Positions 62,601-64,000 of a stretch of DNA of 64,000 nucleotides are shown here, one piece after another. Below the pieces are notes generated by a model. That model was not told the origin of the DNA. It made no database searches and was given only the letters and a program-made list of their open reading frames with translations. Position numbers and translations under genes: made by a program. The first letter of the stretch is position 1. Every line of letters begins with the position of its first letter. Source of the DNA: Marsupella aquatica (lineage: Eukaryota; Plantae; Marchantiophyta); the NCBI GenBank assembly GCA_973895155.1, contig OZ316895.1, positions 2,033,659-2,097,658 of the forward strand, in the 5' to 3' direction.

Positions 62601-62676
62601 AGATGTGTTCGAAGCAGATTGGGAATCTCCATATGCAGTACCTCTAAAGTATTTTTCAGGAGCTATTGCAGCTTGA
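59628..62676 (+). CDS. Phospholipase D superfamily protein, PLD3/PLD4 (PLD-Z-like) type; 6 exons: 59628-60010, 60532-60733, 61212-61405, 61552-61705, 61841-62005, 62224-62676; 516 aa
   Basis: N-terminal hydrophobic signal, [13 protein letters not shown] motif 1 [30 protein letters not shown] motif 2 [17 protein letters not shown]. All junctions are GT-AG and in frame. Confidence 0.93.
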
Positions 62677-63147
62677 TAATTGTCATTGGAGACCAACCTG
62701 CAAGTAGAACTTGCTACAGAGGTTAATAATGTTCGTTTTGTGCCCTGAGGGCATCTATACAATGCCCCTTTGCTACGTGTAAGATTCAACTCAGGTCCTG
62801 GCTTTGATGCAAGGCATGGCCATGGGGCCAGACTGCAAAATTTAACTCCGAGACAGGTCGTTCTATCCTAAACAGTCTCTACGGAATTTGCTTCTCTTTG
62901 CAAGCTTTTTTCTTTTTATGAACTTGAATAAAGTTGTTCTTTCAGTGGCTGTTCAAAAGTGTGCTGTCTCTAAGAATTCCAAAGGTTGGAATCATTTCAA
63001 ATGAATCATCTAATCCTATCATGGTAACAAGCTCTTTCTCTAAGATGTAGAGTGTGAATTAAGGTAGATAATTATGTAGCAGCTAGCCCAAATGTTTATG
63101 CGTTGCAAATTGTTGTTGTTGTCATGTTGTTGGTACAGTAATGTCTA

Positions 63148-63381
63148 TGCTTTGTACAGAAATCTTGAGTTGGGACAACAGAGTGCAGGTGTGGCAATGA
63201 AGTGTTATTTTTCCAGTCATGTCATCAGTGCACTCATGTTATTGTTGGAGAAGTGTATTTGTTTTGCTTTGTACAGAAATCTTGAGTTGGGACAACAGAG
63301 TGCAGGTGTGGCAATGAAGTGTTATTTTTCCAGTCATGTCATCAGTGCACTCATGTTATTGTTGGAGAAGTGTATTTGTTT
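63148..63381. repeat. Perfect 117-bp tandem duplication
   Basis: tgctttgtacagaaatcttgag... starts at 63148 and again at 63265. Confidence 0.95.
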
Positions 63382-64000
63382 TGGTTGGGTGGTTGTCACG
63401 GAACTTACTGTCATTGTTTTGGTCAAGGTTGTTATAAAAATGATGTTGGGGAGGGAGGTTGGAGTGTATGACGGGCAATTGCCTGAGGCATCGCAGGGTC
63501 GAGGCGTGGTGCTACATGGAGGGATAATTGTTTTCTTATTTTTTTAGTCCCCTTTTTTTTCCTTCTTTTTCCCTTCCCGGCCGCCTTACCTTTCTCTCCT
63601 GCTGCTGCCTGCCCTTTGTCATGATTGTGGTACTTCTACATACACAAAATGAATTAAACCCCCTTATGTTTTGCACTAAATGACTTCCAGGCCAGCTTCC
63701 TCAAAACCAGTAGGAAAGAACCAATGGTTGGATACTAAGGGGTTCTATCTCACAAAATGTAAGGGTGGGAGAGAATTGCAAACCCCAAGATTCCTTCTAG
63801 AGTACTTGGACAATAGAGGGGTAAACAAGGGCCCCATTACATGCCAAATAGGACACCCAAATTAACATTAGACTGGCGCCATCATTTTGTAAAGCCAAAT
63901 GTTGTCAGCCCTCTATTATCAACCATTAGGATTGTTTCCATCACCTCCCAAAAAAAGGGGGAAATTGCTGCCTCTACGGTAGTGTGAATAAACCCAAAAA

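Noticed and set aside
63092-63547. 151-aa ORF with an internal repeat
   Set aside because: Created by the 117-bp duplication in low-complexity sequence.

Overview
Eukaryotic, TE-rich land-plant DNA: spliceosomal GT-AG introns, TTTAGGG motifs and plant-type TEs. A non-seed-plant origin is plausible but not provable from this window. About 1-49 kb is a nested transposon landscape: small TIR elements and Helitron-like termini, a full-length but decayed Ty1/copia element (4247-10599, TSD TACAA), and a 25.5-kb CACTA/En-Spm element (21430-46948, TSD GAG). The CACTA element carries decayed TnpD-like and TnpA-like genes, a nested full-length L1-type LINE (16-bp TSD) and large subterminal repeat arrays. 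About 49.6-62.7 kb holds host genes: a divergent sterol C5-desaturase-like gene, an uncharacterised low-complexity gene and a PLD3/PLD-Z-like gene. The standout observation is an open, intronless ORF inside the CACTA element, directly upstream of the transposase, encoding only an EDM2-type composite PHD histone-reader module. It is a candidate transposon-encoded chromatin reader or anti-silencing factor. All protein family calls are from motif recognition by eye; no searches were run.
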